From Heterodontus francisci (taxonomy: Eukaryota), in contig NC_090401.1 of NCBI RefSeq assembly GCF_036365525.1, positions 34,784,745-34,848,744 on the forward strand: a DNA stretch of 64,000 nt, in the 5' to 3' direction. A program made the position numbers and the translations under genes. The notes beneath the pieces were generated by a model. That model was not told where the DNA came from and did no database searches. It saw only the letters and a list, made by a program, of their open reading frames with translations. This document shows, piece after piece, positions 36,450-49,612 of this stretch. How positions within the stretch are numbered: the first letter of the stretch is position 1; the number at the start of each line of letters is the position of its first letter.

Positions 36450-37960
36450 AATGTTTCCTGGTTACTGATCCTTCTGCCACTGTAAACAGTTTCTCTTTAT
36501 TTACTCTTATTAAAACCATTCATGATTTTAATCACATCTATCAAATCTCCTCTAACCTTCTCTGTTCTAAAGAGAACAACCCAGCTTCTCCAGTCTATAC
36601 ACATAACTGTAGTCCTGGTACCAGTCTTGTAAATCGCTTCAGCACCATCTCCAAGGACTTGCCATGCTTCTTAATGTGTGTTGCCAAGAACTGGGCACAA
36701 TACTCCAGCTCAGGCCTAACCAGTGTTTTAGAAAGGTGTAGCATAACTTGCTGAAGGGTCACTGACCTGAACCGTCCACAGAGGCTGCCAGACCTGCCGA
36801 GTATTTCCAGCATTTTTTGTTTTTATTTCAGATTTCCAGCATCTGCAGTATTTTGCTTTTAATAAAATGGCTCTATTAATAAAGCCATAGACCTCATATG
36901 CTTTTATAACAACCTTCTCAACTTGTCCTGCTACCTTCAAAGATTTAAAAACAAGAAATGCTGGAAACACTCAGCAGTTCTGGCAGCATCTGTGGAGAGA
37001 GAAGCAGAGTTAATGTTTCAGGTCAGTGACCCCTCTTCAGAACTGGCAAATATTAGAAATGTAAAAGGTTATAAGCAAGTAAAGTGGGGGTGGGGCAAGA
37101 GATAACAAAGGAGAAGGTGTAAATAGGACAAGGTCACAGAATAGCTGACCAGAAGGTCATGGAGCAAAGGCAAACAATATGTTAATGGTGTGTTGAAAGA
37201 CAAAGCATTAGTACAGATAGGGTGTTAACAGACTGAAATTGAACAGTGGGTAAGAAAACTGAACAAACTAAGATGAAATAAAATAAAATAAACACAAAAA
37301 AAAATGTTAAAAAGGAAAAGAATATATATCAAAAAGAGTAATGGTCCTACCATCAGCAGTGGGGAACACCACTGTATACTTGTGAAAAAACTGCCATTCA
37401 CCATTACTCTCTGCTTTCTGTCCCTTAGCCAATTTCGTATCCATGCTGCCACAAGCCCTTTAACTCAATGAGCTTTAATTTTGCTAACATGTCACTTTTA
37501 TCAAATACTATTTGAAATTCCACATACACATCAACCCTGTTCATTATTTCATCAAAGAACTCGATCAAGGTGGTCAAACATGAGTTGGCTTTAACAAATT
37601 CATGCTGACTTTCATTTCTTAGTGCATACTATTCCAAATGCCAATTAATTTTGTCCCAGTCTATTGTCTCTAAATGTTTCCAACCATCAACGTTACACTG
37701 ACTGGCCTGTAGTTGCTGGGTTTATCCCTCTCCTCTTTTATAAACATGGGTGTAATATTTGAAGTCCCTCAGTCTTCTGGCACCACCCCCATATCCAAAG
37801 GGGATTGGAACTTTTGGTTTATAGCTGCTCGGAGTTGCACGTCTTTATTCATTTCAGAAACCTGCACCTCTCTCCCACACAACAAACTGAGGCCAGAGCC
37901 TCCACTATTTCTACTTACTTTCCTCAGCAACCTAGGATGCATCCCATCCAGGTTGGGTGC
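36450..37960 (-). mobile_element. CR1/HER1 LINE fragment interrupted by PLE termini
   Basis: WIRNWLRDRKQRVMVNG, TLVRPELEYCAQF; PLE termini at about 36750-36860 and 36945-37320. Confidence 0.75.
36945..37320 (-). mobile_element. PLE 3' fragment with canonical hammerhead core
   Basis: Minus strand 37045-37008: CAGTT-CTGAAGA-G-GGGTC-ACT-GACCT-GAAAC-ATT-AACT; the flank matches the 3' region of the large PLE. Confidence 0.75.
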
Positions 37961-39689
37961 CTTTTCAACTTTTTAAGTACATCCTCTATTTTTATCCTAT
38001 GTTGCTACTGCCTCCTCCTTTACTGCTGCAATTGGCAGCATCCTCTTTAGTGACAACTGATGCAAAATACTCATACAAATATGTTGTGTCCATTTGCTAA
38101 AATCGTACACAATAACTTCTAGGTTTATATAACCCATTATTAAAGTACAATTTATTATTTTGAGGCAGCTTCTGTGGTTCTTCAGGAAAGGACTAAAAAG
38201 TACAAGCAAGCAACTATAGCAATTGACACTGTAATACAGGAACAAAAGTCTTCAAAACCAAAACAGGTGGTAGATCCAATGCTGTCCAAGAAATTGCTCA
38301 GAATCCTAAGGAGACATACTATGGGGTAAACTGATGTTCACAACATCAGTGAGTACAATCAATCAATGAAGCCTAGGAGGTTTGAAAAAGTACATCTGGC
38401 TGACACTCGGTGACTAATCCCACGCTACTGGCATATGAGATACATGTACACAGGGATAACTCCATAGATGCTGTATCAGCAGCACATTATACCTATATTT
38501 TACAAGCGTTCTGTTTGTCATTTGTTAACCTCAATCAAGCATAAGAACTGCACAAAATATTTTGCATTTGGGGATTATTGCAAAGTCAGCAGTTTCATAT
38601 CTCATGGTGGCAATTGGCCACCTCAGAAGCAGCCCACATCCCTTCTGCTGGCAGCAGTGTAGTTCTTTGCATTTAAAAGATGTAATTTCCCTTGCAATCC
38701 TCTACCATGATTTGCATAGCTCACAGGATGCAGGCTGAGGAGCTGGCTTAGAGCTTTGATCACTAGACATCTATCTTTCTGCTAACTTGGTTCCCCTGGG
38801 GTTGTGAGGCCACTAAATGATCAGCTGACTTGGGAAGTCAAATTACCAAACCCGTAACTCATCCAGAACCACTTCTTGAAAAAATCTCTTAACATTATGC
38901 AGACAGACACATACAAATAGAACTGAGCACTGCAATTATAGATTTTGTCATTCCAATCTCAGACTGAGTTTGGAGAGAATATGCTAGAGTGAAGTACTGG
39001 TAGCTTCAAGACTGTAACTAATGGTGGTAGTAATGGAGGCAATTTGAGTAAAATAAGTATACTATCCAAGTTGATTGCCGCAGAACATTAAAACGTGTTG
39101 CTTTAACTATGATTTTTATAGACTATTGGTGCCAATGCTAACTGGAAAGAAAAATAAGCCCAGTTAAAACACTGGACTACATTTACAGATAATACACTAG
39201 CAAAAATCTAGAAATCCCACCACAGTACATGCTCACTGTAATGGTTCAAATAGATCTTGTTTTAATTGTAGTCATTTACCTAATTTGATTGCCCTGGGTA
39301 GTTAATAACTTTTGATTTTCAGATTTATGCAAACTGAATTAATATTTGTAAATTCTCAAGGTGGGATTTGAACTCACCTTTTTCCTGCATTAGTGAACCA
39401 AAGCTATAGATCACTAGTTTAGTAACTTAACTATTACACTGTCATGCGACTAATTGCCTGAAATGACACAGGAAGGGGTGAACACATCTGACAAGTCGTA
39501 CACTACCACTGTGCAAGAGGTGTGTTTGGATGCAGGAAGAAGGACTGGGTGTGGCAGGCAAGGAAATGTCTGAGCAGTAACAATGCAACTTTGCATTCAT
39601 GTTGCCAAATAGTCAATTTAGGACGGGATAATACGCTCAGATTATGCTGAATCGTTGCAGTGTATCACGGAAATAAATAAAGAAAAATA

Positions 39690-39830
39690 GTTGAAGAACA
39701 CACTGCGCTTGTGCTGTACAATGCACCGCTCCAGTTTGCAGGAAAAGCAGATCCCGTGGGATTCAGGTGACGTCACCGCCCGAGAAACGGAAGTGCCCTC
39801 CCGTCACGTGATCCCGGCGGAAGTGCCGGT
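39690..39830 (+). promoter_or_regulatory. LYPLA2 CpG-island promoter
   Basis: CRE GGTGACGTCACC (39766-39777), two ETS/GABP CGGAAGTGCC (39788, 39818), E-box GTCACGTGAT (39803-39812). Confidence 0.8.
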
Positions 39831-39877
39831 CGGTGTGTGTGGGAGACAGTTGGGTGTTGGTGGTTTAGTGACAAAAG
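39826..39877 (+). other. LYPLA2: LYPLA2 non-coding exon 1 (5' boundary approximate)
   Basis: Strong donor AAG|GTAAGT at 39877/39878 right after the promoter motifs; the coding exon at 45041 has its own acceptor, so an upstream exon is required. Confidence 0.7.
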
Positions 39878-40419
39878 GTAAGTGTTGGGATCCGGGGGGG
39901 GGGGTCAGGCGGAGACGGTTAGTAACGATACGGTGGGTGCCGGCGCAGTGTCGAGTGGGGCGGCGTCTCTTTGTGATGAATAGGTGGCTCAGCATCTCTT
40001 GTTCCGTCTGTCATAAGGAAACGGCGGGGGTTGGAGGGAGGCAAATTACAGCGAAGCCAGGCCTCCGACCACCACGCCCCTCTCCCCCCCCCCCCCCCAC
40101 CGCCAACCCTTCCCGACCCGAAGAGCAGGGGGAGCATCCCCAAAACATGACAGCTCTGCTGTTACTGGGGTCAGTGTGGGTCGTGTGGTCACTGTACCGC
40201 CCATTCGGACCTGTGTGTCTGCAGGAAGGGGGCAGAGATTCTTAGTCCTATGTTGATTTTGTGTATTTTTTTTAAGAACACGGGGCACAATCTACTCATT
40301 TAAAATTAACATGATGTGTTGATTCAGCATGGTAAGGAAGGGAGGTGGGATTTGTATTCAGCAAAGCAAGGATTAGAGATCCAATTATTTTGAGCTGTTC
40401 TCATTTGCTAACGGGTGAT

Positions 40420-40742
40420 ATTGTAGAGGAAGCGCTTGTTGCACTTTCGGAGGTACTGTCTTTTCGATTAGATGTTACACCGAAGTCTCCTGACCTCTTG
40501 AGTGGACGTAAAACATCCATCGCATTATTTCGAAGAAGAGTATGGAGTTCTCCCTGGTGTACTGGCTAATATTTATCCCTCAGTCAACGTTAACACAGAT
40601 TATTCTGCCATTATCACCTTGCTGTGCACAAATGATTGCTGTATAAATGGTAACTACATTTCAAATGTACTTCATTGGTTGCAAAGCACTTTGGGACGTC
40701 CTGAGGTTGTGAATAGTGCTCTATAAATGCAAATCTTTCTAT
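40420..40742 (+). mobile_element. Deu-domain SINE (SacSINE1/AmnSINE1-like) with L2-type tail
   Basis: GCACTTTCGGAGGTACTGTCTTTTCGATTAGATGTT...GTGGACGTAAAACATCC...ATTTCGAAGAAGAG...GTTCTCCCTGGTGTACTGGCTAATATTTATCCCTCA resembles the Deu-domain consensus as recalled; tail AAAGCACTTTGGGACGTCCTGAGG...TATAAATGCAA. Confidence 0.75.
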
Positions 40743-41899
40743 TTGGCTGTCCTGATTTTTAGCATTTACGAATGCGTAAACATTAAGTATGGTAATAAGT
40801 GCACCAACAGACTAAAAGTTTACATATGGATTTTATACATGCACAACTGATAGTTTGCCAAAACCTTACAAAAGAAACATTCTGTTTGATATGCCCTTAA
40901 TGCAATGAACGTGTATTGAATTTCATTTACCTTGAATAAAATCTGAAGAAATAAATCATTTCAAATTTATAAACCTTTATCTTCATACTGCAGGATGTGA
41001 GTATTTTCCCCAAGTCCTGGAATATGCTTAATGGTTTATTGTTACTGGTTTGTTAAAAAGTTTCATTTTGAGCCATGGATTCTCATGAACAAGAAATGAC
41101 TCGTGGTTGACTGGTGACAAACCCAGTGTCCGGAAGATATGCAGTGATCACTTGTCAGATTTTACAAATTATGTCAGCTCTCCTTCCACAGAAACCAGTA
41201 CATAAGTTCTGCTTCTATGTCGGTTTATATGACCTGCAAGCACAGGGATGTAGAGATATATTCTAAATTGAATCTAAAAGTCATAGGTGTGACTTATTCG
41301 CACCAGGGTGAAAGGGAAATTCTGAATCATTTACTTGGTAAATAACAGCCAGTAGCTCTGTGCTTTGTTTTGTGTTCAGAAAATAACTTAAAGATCAGTG
41401 CTTCTATCACTTCTTCATGGAGCAGTGAATTTATTTTGAGCCTCCAGTTCCCCACTCAGGTTCCTCATTTTAGCTGTTACAGCAATGTGGGGATCTTGGC
41501 ACATGCTAGACATTCTTTACAGAGTTCCTATCTCTAACATCTGTATCATACTTTCCAGAAGTCAGCTAATTATTGATGGAGGCTAGGAGCAGGTCATCTG
41601 TCTGCCCATTTGTCCTGCGATAGGGATTTGCATGTGTGTGGTGGGGGCAAGAATATTCTTCTCAAAATAGTCAAAGTTGGAAATACAGAAACACCCCAAC
41701 TCATGCTGCAAATATGGAAGCTTGCATTGTAAAGTGCTGACAGTTTTCCTTTAGTTACTATCAATACTGGGCTGGAGTTCAGATCCTAGTCATTGCCTTA
41801 ATCCTTCTATGGCTTTGCCCTGCTCTACCTCAGCAATCTCCTCCAGCCATATTTCCCTGCTTGGATGCTCTGATCCTTGCACAGTCTACATTATGCTTC

Positions 41900-41990
41900 T
41901 CTTTTCACAGATGCTGCCAGACCTGCTGAGTGGTTCCAGCATTTCTTGTTTTTATTTCAGATTTCCAGCATCCGCAGTATTTTGCTTTTA
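41900..41990 (+). mobile_element. 91-bp PLE terminus with 15-bp TSD, lacking the ribozyme core
   Basis: Direct repeat TCTACATTATGCTTC at 41885-41899 and 41991-42005. Confidence 0.8.
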
Positions 41991-44900
41991 TCTACATTAT
42001 GCTTCCTTCTCCTTGACCTCCCTCTGCCAGCACCGCGACCTCATTTCTTCCCTTCTTACCTTCAAAAGACTTAATACCCTTATCTTTTGTTACCCCTCAA
42101 CTCCTCTCCCCCCCCCCCTTTCTCCCCTATGCTTGATGTCTGCTGTTTAGTGTCCTATAAAGTGCTCCTAAGATGTCTTTGTGCACTGGTGCTGTAAAAT
42201 GCAAATTGTTTCACAAGACAGACCAGATGTAAAAGCTTGATTTGTTGAAGTAGCTAGCAAAAAGTAACTTGAGATAATTTAACTAAATATTTTGTGTGTA
42301 ATATTACACTATTGCAGTTTATAATTATAATATAAGTATGTATAATATACGTAGAAATTTTCAAGAGTGCTTACATGTTGGTTTATACCCAATGCGATGA
42401 AAAATGCAAAACATATTTCTAAGTAACCCAAGTATCTTTGACAGCTTTTATGTTTGCCTCTGGGATAGCGCTCATAACACATGAAGCATATTACAAAAAG
42501 TAAAATTGTGTCTTAAAATATTCCAGCTTCAAGGTTAATTCAAGCTTATATCTCACCCAAGTAGCCATTGTGCATTTGTGAGCCTACACAGCGAACGGTG
42601 AGTCTGTTCAGCTGTGCATGTATCTCATCCAAGCTTGCTCTGTTCTAGCCCAATGACCACTACATGCACAGTCTGGTAGAAGTTGCTGAGTTCAATCATA
42701 ACATCTCCTTTGTCTCAACTGAAATCAGTAAAAACAGCGCAAGATCCAGATTTGCACCTGAATTTTCTAATCTGTGCTCTGATTGCCAAATAGGCCATCA
42801 GAGAACTTGTACTTCTGTCAGCCTTGATACAGTCTGTACTAAAAATAGAAATGATCAACAATCTGCAGGAGCATCTGGCTTTCCAGTGTGTGCACTTAGA
42901 TAAGTTGCAAAGGACAACAGGATGATTTGAATCTATTAAATAACAGGGACAACTTGAAGATGTGCAATGTGCTGTATGAACGCAAATCTGTTTGTTCCTA
43001 ATTCTGCTGGCAAACTGTGTGAAACTGAATCTTTAAGTGATAATGTGACCCTCCATCGTCTTGAAACTGTAAAGATGAAGTTGTTTTAAATTCATGTTCT
43101 GTTGTGCAGTGGGATTAATTCCCAATGGGTACAATCTTCACAGATCATTTGTGCCACTGTGGGTCTTTTATACTTGTCTACTGTCCTGAAAAATTGTTGC
43201 TGGTGCAATGCACTAAATTTCTCAGATGACTTCTTAACATACATAATGCGTTTATGTCAATAGTCGTCATTTGCTACACCAGGGCTCTTGATTTGAGATC
43301 CTTGATATTTGTAACAAGAAAAGTAATTGACACCCTACTGCAGTCAATTCTTTGCATGCAAATGGCACAAGTTTATTTCAGAAAGCCTGTCAACAACCAG
43401 AGCTCTTTGCACTTGAGTTTATTTCTTTTCGAGCAGATCCATATGCTCAAATACCTTGCAAATTCACCCGTTACATCCCTCTGTTTCTATGGTAGAGCTA
43501 TGTCTTGCTGTCAGAAAGAAACACCTATTCATTTTGTTCATTGTAATCAGGTTAATTATATCTGCATAATATATGAACTATTTGAAATACTGATCAACCA
43601 TCTAAACATACATTTATAATTAATACAGCAGGCATAGTGGTTGTTAATCTGACAATCTTCAAAGTAAAGTCGTTTTATATAATACAAGAACAAAGTACTG
43701 TGGTTGCTGAAAATCTGAAATAAAAACAGAAAATGCTGGAAATACTCAGGCCTCGTGCATCTGTGGAGAGAGAAACAGTTAGCGTTTCAGGTTGGTGACG
43801 TGTCGTAAAACAAAGCCTTGTATAATACTTCAGAATATTTATACCAGAGAGCAATTTGGTTTGCTCCTAAAAGTTATTTAAACCCTATTTAAATAGTAAA
43901 AAATCAAAATATTTATTGTCCTTTGACCTCTACGTGCATTTCATTCTTTTCCCCATCCCAAACTGGGCAATTTGTCCACCTTCTGGGTTCCATGCTCACA
44001 TTGCCATTGAAAATCAGAAGCTGTGATTCAAGATCCTAAAGATGAAATGCTTTGCTCTAGCTAGGGACTAGTCAAGGGCTGGAGCAGACCAACTAAAGTG
44101 AGGGCTGGTACGGGGCTCTAATTTCAGACCTTTTGGTTGGGCATCAAATGCTTGGCAGCTTGAGTTAAAGGCTTATCTTACGTTAGGATGCTGTATGATT
44201 TCTCTCAGCAACTTAACCAGAGAGTTTCAATTGATTTAAAAGTGAAATAGACACTTCTTTCAATGAGGTGTCATAAAATAATACTTGGTTGGCATCCTTC
44301 CATCTACGAAAGATGATTGACACGCAGCAAACAATTCATTTAGGTGGAGTGTCTTCTCTTGGTGCACCTTTGTTGATGGCTGTGAAGGCCAATCCTTGAG
44401 AAGCAGGTTCTGCCACAAGTGCCACTGAGTTGTTTTTGACGTTGGTGCCTGTTGCCTAAACAAAAAAAAACAGTAAAATAGATCTCATTGTGATTCTTGC
44501 TGAAATAAAAATAAAATGTTAGTAATAATCATGCAAGTTATATTTTGAGGACTGATTATCAATTTATTAGCTAATGCAAATTTTTTCTCTTTTGGTTTGT
44601 ATAAATAATTTGATAAAATAGATTATATTTTCTTTATATTTCGCTAGCAGTTTTGCTTCCTGAAAGTAATTCACCTAGCAGCCTATATACCAAGCACCTC
44701 ATAATGTACACAAAAGGCCTGCTGGTAGTAAGTGTAACATGAGATCCCAAAAATGCACCAAGATGTTTCATAACTCCTCAAGTAATTCTGGATGAAGTGG
44801 CCATGCATTGTAAAGAATAGCTGTTTAATCGATTGTGTGTCATGTATGAGTTTCAGGAAAGCACTGTGTTCCTCATGGTGAGTTTGGGTATCTGTACTGC

Positions 44901-45002
44901 TAAAAATGAAATTGTAATCTCTGGGTTATGAGGTGAGTGCCTGTGCTGTTAATCTAATGTATTATAATTGGCTGATGTGCTGCTGGATGTGCTTAGTCAT
45001 GA

Positions 45003-45239
<237 letters not shown>

Positions 45240-46062
45240 TAGTTTTCTGAATCTCTTGGTTTGATCTCTGATAGTGTATAAGTGTTACAGTTTTTAAGGA
45301 AATCTTGTATGAGTTATTGCTCAATTAATACACGGACTAGCCGGTGCTGCATTGTCCTTTTAACTCTAGACCTGGACTTGAACCTGCAATCTCTGGCTTT
45401 TATGAAACTCAAGACTGCAAGCATCTCATTTAATATGTTGAGTACCGTTCCAATATTTAAACTTGTATGAATAATTTGTTATTTCATCTGCAAGGAAAAA
45501 ACATTTTGAAGTGTTTGTTTTCCAGCTGGGGAGGGTTTATTCGTACATTATCACTCCATATGGTCACGCTACTTACTACTGCCTGAAATTAGGTTGCATC
45601 TGTGGACTATCTGTTTTAAGCTTGCGTCTTCTTTCCTCCATCCTTCATAAATCCCAGAGTAACGGTAGGGCACTAACTTACAGACTAGCGCTTCTATTTA
45701 ACTTTTGCTGAAAACTTGCTATATAATTTTTAAAAGATTTTTGAGGTTGACCGTTGTAGTTTCCCTGTTGTTTGGCCAGCAATTGAGATGTCTAAATCTA
45801 CTTTTGACCCATTTTTGTTCCATTTGGGATGCCTGTGGGTGGTTAGTCATATGCGTGGTATTGCAGTGCCACTTTTGAGGTTAATGTCTTACCAGTGGAG
45901 TTATGGTTATTATCTTATGACTGCTATCAATTTGAAATCCCACTGCTTGATGTACTGAGACAGCTTTAATCATACACTCTGCATTTGGCATTTTTCTGTT
46001 GGATCAAGTATTTTCCTGGCTGTGCTGATATGAAGTCAGTGTGTTTGGGTTGTGTTTTACAG

Positions 46063-46094
46063 GTTATTTTCCTGCATGGACTTGGAGACACTGG
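46063..46094 (+). CDS. LYPLA2: LYPLA2 coding exon 2
   Basis: ttttacag|VIFLHGLGDTG|gtgagt, 32 nt. Confidence 0.95.
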
Positions 46095-47583
46095 GTGAGT
46101 TTGTTTTAGATGAAAAGTGGAGAGACATTGACCAAGTTCATAATTCTAATTGCAATACAATGAGCTAAATGCAAATCTAGATATTGTGCTTTGATGAGAA
46201 ACTGTTTAACTGTGTCTGTCCCTTTCCCATTATGTACACCGGGCTATCAACAATTGTATAATGATAGACCTTTTCGAAGAAACTAAACATCTTTCTGCTC
46301 TAGTTACCTTTTATTTCCTCTGATGCAAACAGTTTCTTCCACAAAGATTACATTAGCGGCAGTGGTATGGAACTTTCTTTCAATATCATTGTAGCCAGAG
46401 GTGCCCTTGAAGTGGGATGAGAGACATTGTGACTTCTTTTTTCTTCCCTCAAACATTGCACTATTACAAAGTACTTTATACCTGAGTTAGGATCTGATGT
46501 ACTATTCCTTTGGTGTTCAGCAACGATATCCAGCAAGTAGCTTGGTCATATAGACCATAAGGTCCAGATTCAGTTCCTAGTCTGTACTGAGTTACCTGAT
46601 CTCAACTAGAATGGTGATAGGGGTGCTACAATTCACCCCAAGGTCTTGGGTTAGGGAGGGAAAAATTGGCCATGGTCTATCGTGACACTTCTGAAAGCGG
46701 GCATTGGGTCGCGATGGAATCTTGTCACTCTGTGCTGCCCCATGTGGTGATTAGCTGACACTAACAATTAAGGCACATGTTTAAGTAATGGATACACGGG
46801 CAAGTTAATGATGGAACTGTACTAAGCATGGTCAACTTCTTTGTCCAGTCTACATCACAGTTACCCTGTGCTTTACCGATTCTCTGCTGCTCACAAACTC
46901 ATAACTCTTGCTAATATTTTTAAAAAGCATTGCTGCTGTCAGCAAAAGATGCTGAGCTGAAGCCACATGCTTTTCTGCAGAGCAGGTAAAACTGGAGGAC
47001 GTGTCATACCACACTAGGTTTGTACACCCAGTTGCTGGATGAAGACTGCAATCTCAATTCCAACCATTTCTATCTTTGGTCATACTGCCCTTTTTTTTTC
47101 CCCATTTCAATTTTTCTCTTGCACTGATCTGGTTTCTGATCCAGAAAAAGTATGTGTACTAATATTGGAATTGTGTAGGGGGCCTGCTGTCTTTTAAATC
47201 TAAATATCAATATTTCCTATTTGTCATATAAATCATATAAATATCAGGATCTGGTGATTGATAGAGCTGGTTCTGTGTGTATCTGTGCTTATACATGACA
47301 TGAAATGGCATCTTGACACAATCCCAGAGACACTGAATAGAATCTGAAACAGCAGGTCAAAATTCTGTAGTCTGCAAAGGTTGGTACTATGTGCCATCAA
47401 CTGCAGAAGAAATACATATCTGCTACCAATGGCATGTGCACTTGGTAAAAGTATCATTAGCAACTTTTTATCTGTTTACCGCAAGAAGTTGGAAGTTGAT
47501 GATGCCTGTAAAATAAGGAGAATCTGCACTACAGCATCTTATTTCATGTAGCTGTTGCAAATTTGTTTCTTTGTAACTATTAG

Positions 47584-47688
<105 letters not shown>

Positions 47689-48665
47689 TAAGTACCGTTC
47701 AACTTGTGTGAAATTTGTCTGTGAATGCTTTTTATTTTTGTGTTAATGTGAAGCATTGAATTGTTGGTTACACTGGTGAAGAGCAAAAGCTTGGTGGCAG
47801 CATTGTACCAATGCCTTGTGTCAGGTTTGCCCTTGCTATTACCCATCCTGCTAGTAGCTTAGTGATCAGAATTGAGAGAGCCTGATGACTACATGACTTC
47901 TATAGCCCGTTAGTAAATGGAAGTGAAAACCTTTTGAAGCTAGGACCGGATATGCTCGAAACCAGTGGCTGGATTGCATATGATTCTGCAGGAAGATGAA
48001 GAACTTTCTCCCCCAACCCACTTTAAACCCCAATAGTTTTAATTATTTGATTTTCCCCTTTCCTCTCCTCACCTGAGCATGTTGATAACTTGCTTGGGTT
48101 ACAGAGCCACAAGGCCAGTAGCTCAAGGAGATCTGTCCAAGTGACCATCGTTGCGTGTGACCCTCAACAGTAAATGATGGCAAACTATTCAGTCACAGGA
48201 TGGATTACAACTGGGCCTGATTCTGTTTTCCCAGGATATTGATGTGTGCATTTCAAGTATGCATCACAGTTGGGTGGAGAAAAGCTGCCCTTTTTTCCCT
48301 TACCCAACCCAGGGATGCTCTAGCAGGTCTGGCTAGTTCCTATCACTTGCTGCCACTTGGTGCAAATGAACTAACTCAGCATGGTCAATATGGCTCAATT
48401 AATCACTCTAAGCCTGTTGATATATTGGGGGAACTTTAAAAACATTATGATGTACTTAAAGATTACTGTGGAATTCTTTCTTTGAATTTTTAGTGTACTA
48501 AGCAATGAAATACAAATAGGAAGCAGTTTATATTTGGTGTGAGGTTAAACATTTAGCTGTTATACCTAAATTGTATTGAAATGTGCATTAGTTTGAAGTT
48601 CAATAGGACTACATTTGAGATGTAATTTCTGGATTGAGTTTAATTATTCACTTTTATTTATTCAG

Positions 48666-48713
48666 GCCCAAGATTCCTGTGCAATTGAATAGATCTATGC
48701 TCATGCCATCATG
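48666..48713 (+). CDS. LYPLA2: LYPLA2 coding exon 4 (beta-tongue)
   Basis: ttattcag|PKIPVQLNRSMLMPSW|gtgagt, 48 nt. Confidence 0.93.
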
Positions 48714-49541
48714 GTGAGTTTGCCAAAAAAAAATTCTTAATTTTCTCCTTTCATGACATGTTTGCACCTTACCCCTTCTCCTCTTCTCCCCTCATATCCT
48801 AATTCTCCCATGCTTTCTAACCTTCCTTCACTGAATACTACACTTGGTTTTGACTCCTTACGTGGAATACCACAGGTGATCAACTAGTAGAGTCACTGTA
48901 TAGTGATCAGGAACAGAATCACTCCATCTTACTAGAAATGAACATTTGTCCTGTGTAAATAAGAAAGAAACTACAAATCCTGGAAATTTGAAATTAAAAC
49001 AAATGCTGAAAACACAAAGGTCCACTTGCCTCTATAAAGAGGAAAAAAAAGCAAGTTAACCTTTCAAGTGTATTGATTCAATGTTGACTTATGAGGCAAT
49101 TGCCCCTAACTTATTTTTTATTCGTTTATTGGGATGTGGGCATCGCTGGCCAAGCCAGCATTTATTGCCCATCCCTAATTGCCCATGAGAAGGTGATGAG
49201 ATGCCTTCTTGAACTGCTGCAGTCCCCTGTTCATTGCCACTGCTGATCACAGAGCAACATTGATGGGGATGCTATTTCCCTTTTGAAATTAAAACCATTC
49301 TTAATCTACTTAATGTAATATTTCTCTAATATAATGTCATACAATACCTGAATGAAAGATGGTGTTTAGCAAGTCTCGCTAGTTTACTGAAAAGGCTCGT
49401 TGTGACTGACGAGTAATTCAACCTAAGGTGCCCTCTGCATTCTTTTCACTTTAGAATATTTAACAAAGCTGTAACTTTATTTTATTTAATCATTATTTAT
49501 AATCAACAGTACAGCAAATCCCATTCTCTTCTGTTTGAAAG

Positions 49542-49612
49542 GTTTGACTTGACCGGATTAAGTCCAGAAGATGCAGAAGATGAAGCTGGTATAAAGAAAG
49601 CTTCTGAAGGCA
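49542..49612 (+). CDS. LYPLA2: LYPLA2 coding exon 5
   Basis: tttgaaag|FDLTGLSPEDAEDEAGIKKASEG|gtaagt, 71 nt. Confidence 0.94.

Noticed and set aside
39691-40245. 184-aa ORF over the LYPLA2 CpG island
   Set aside because: Non-ATG start, crosses the exon 1 donor, and has no recognisable domain; typical GC-rich artefact.
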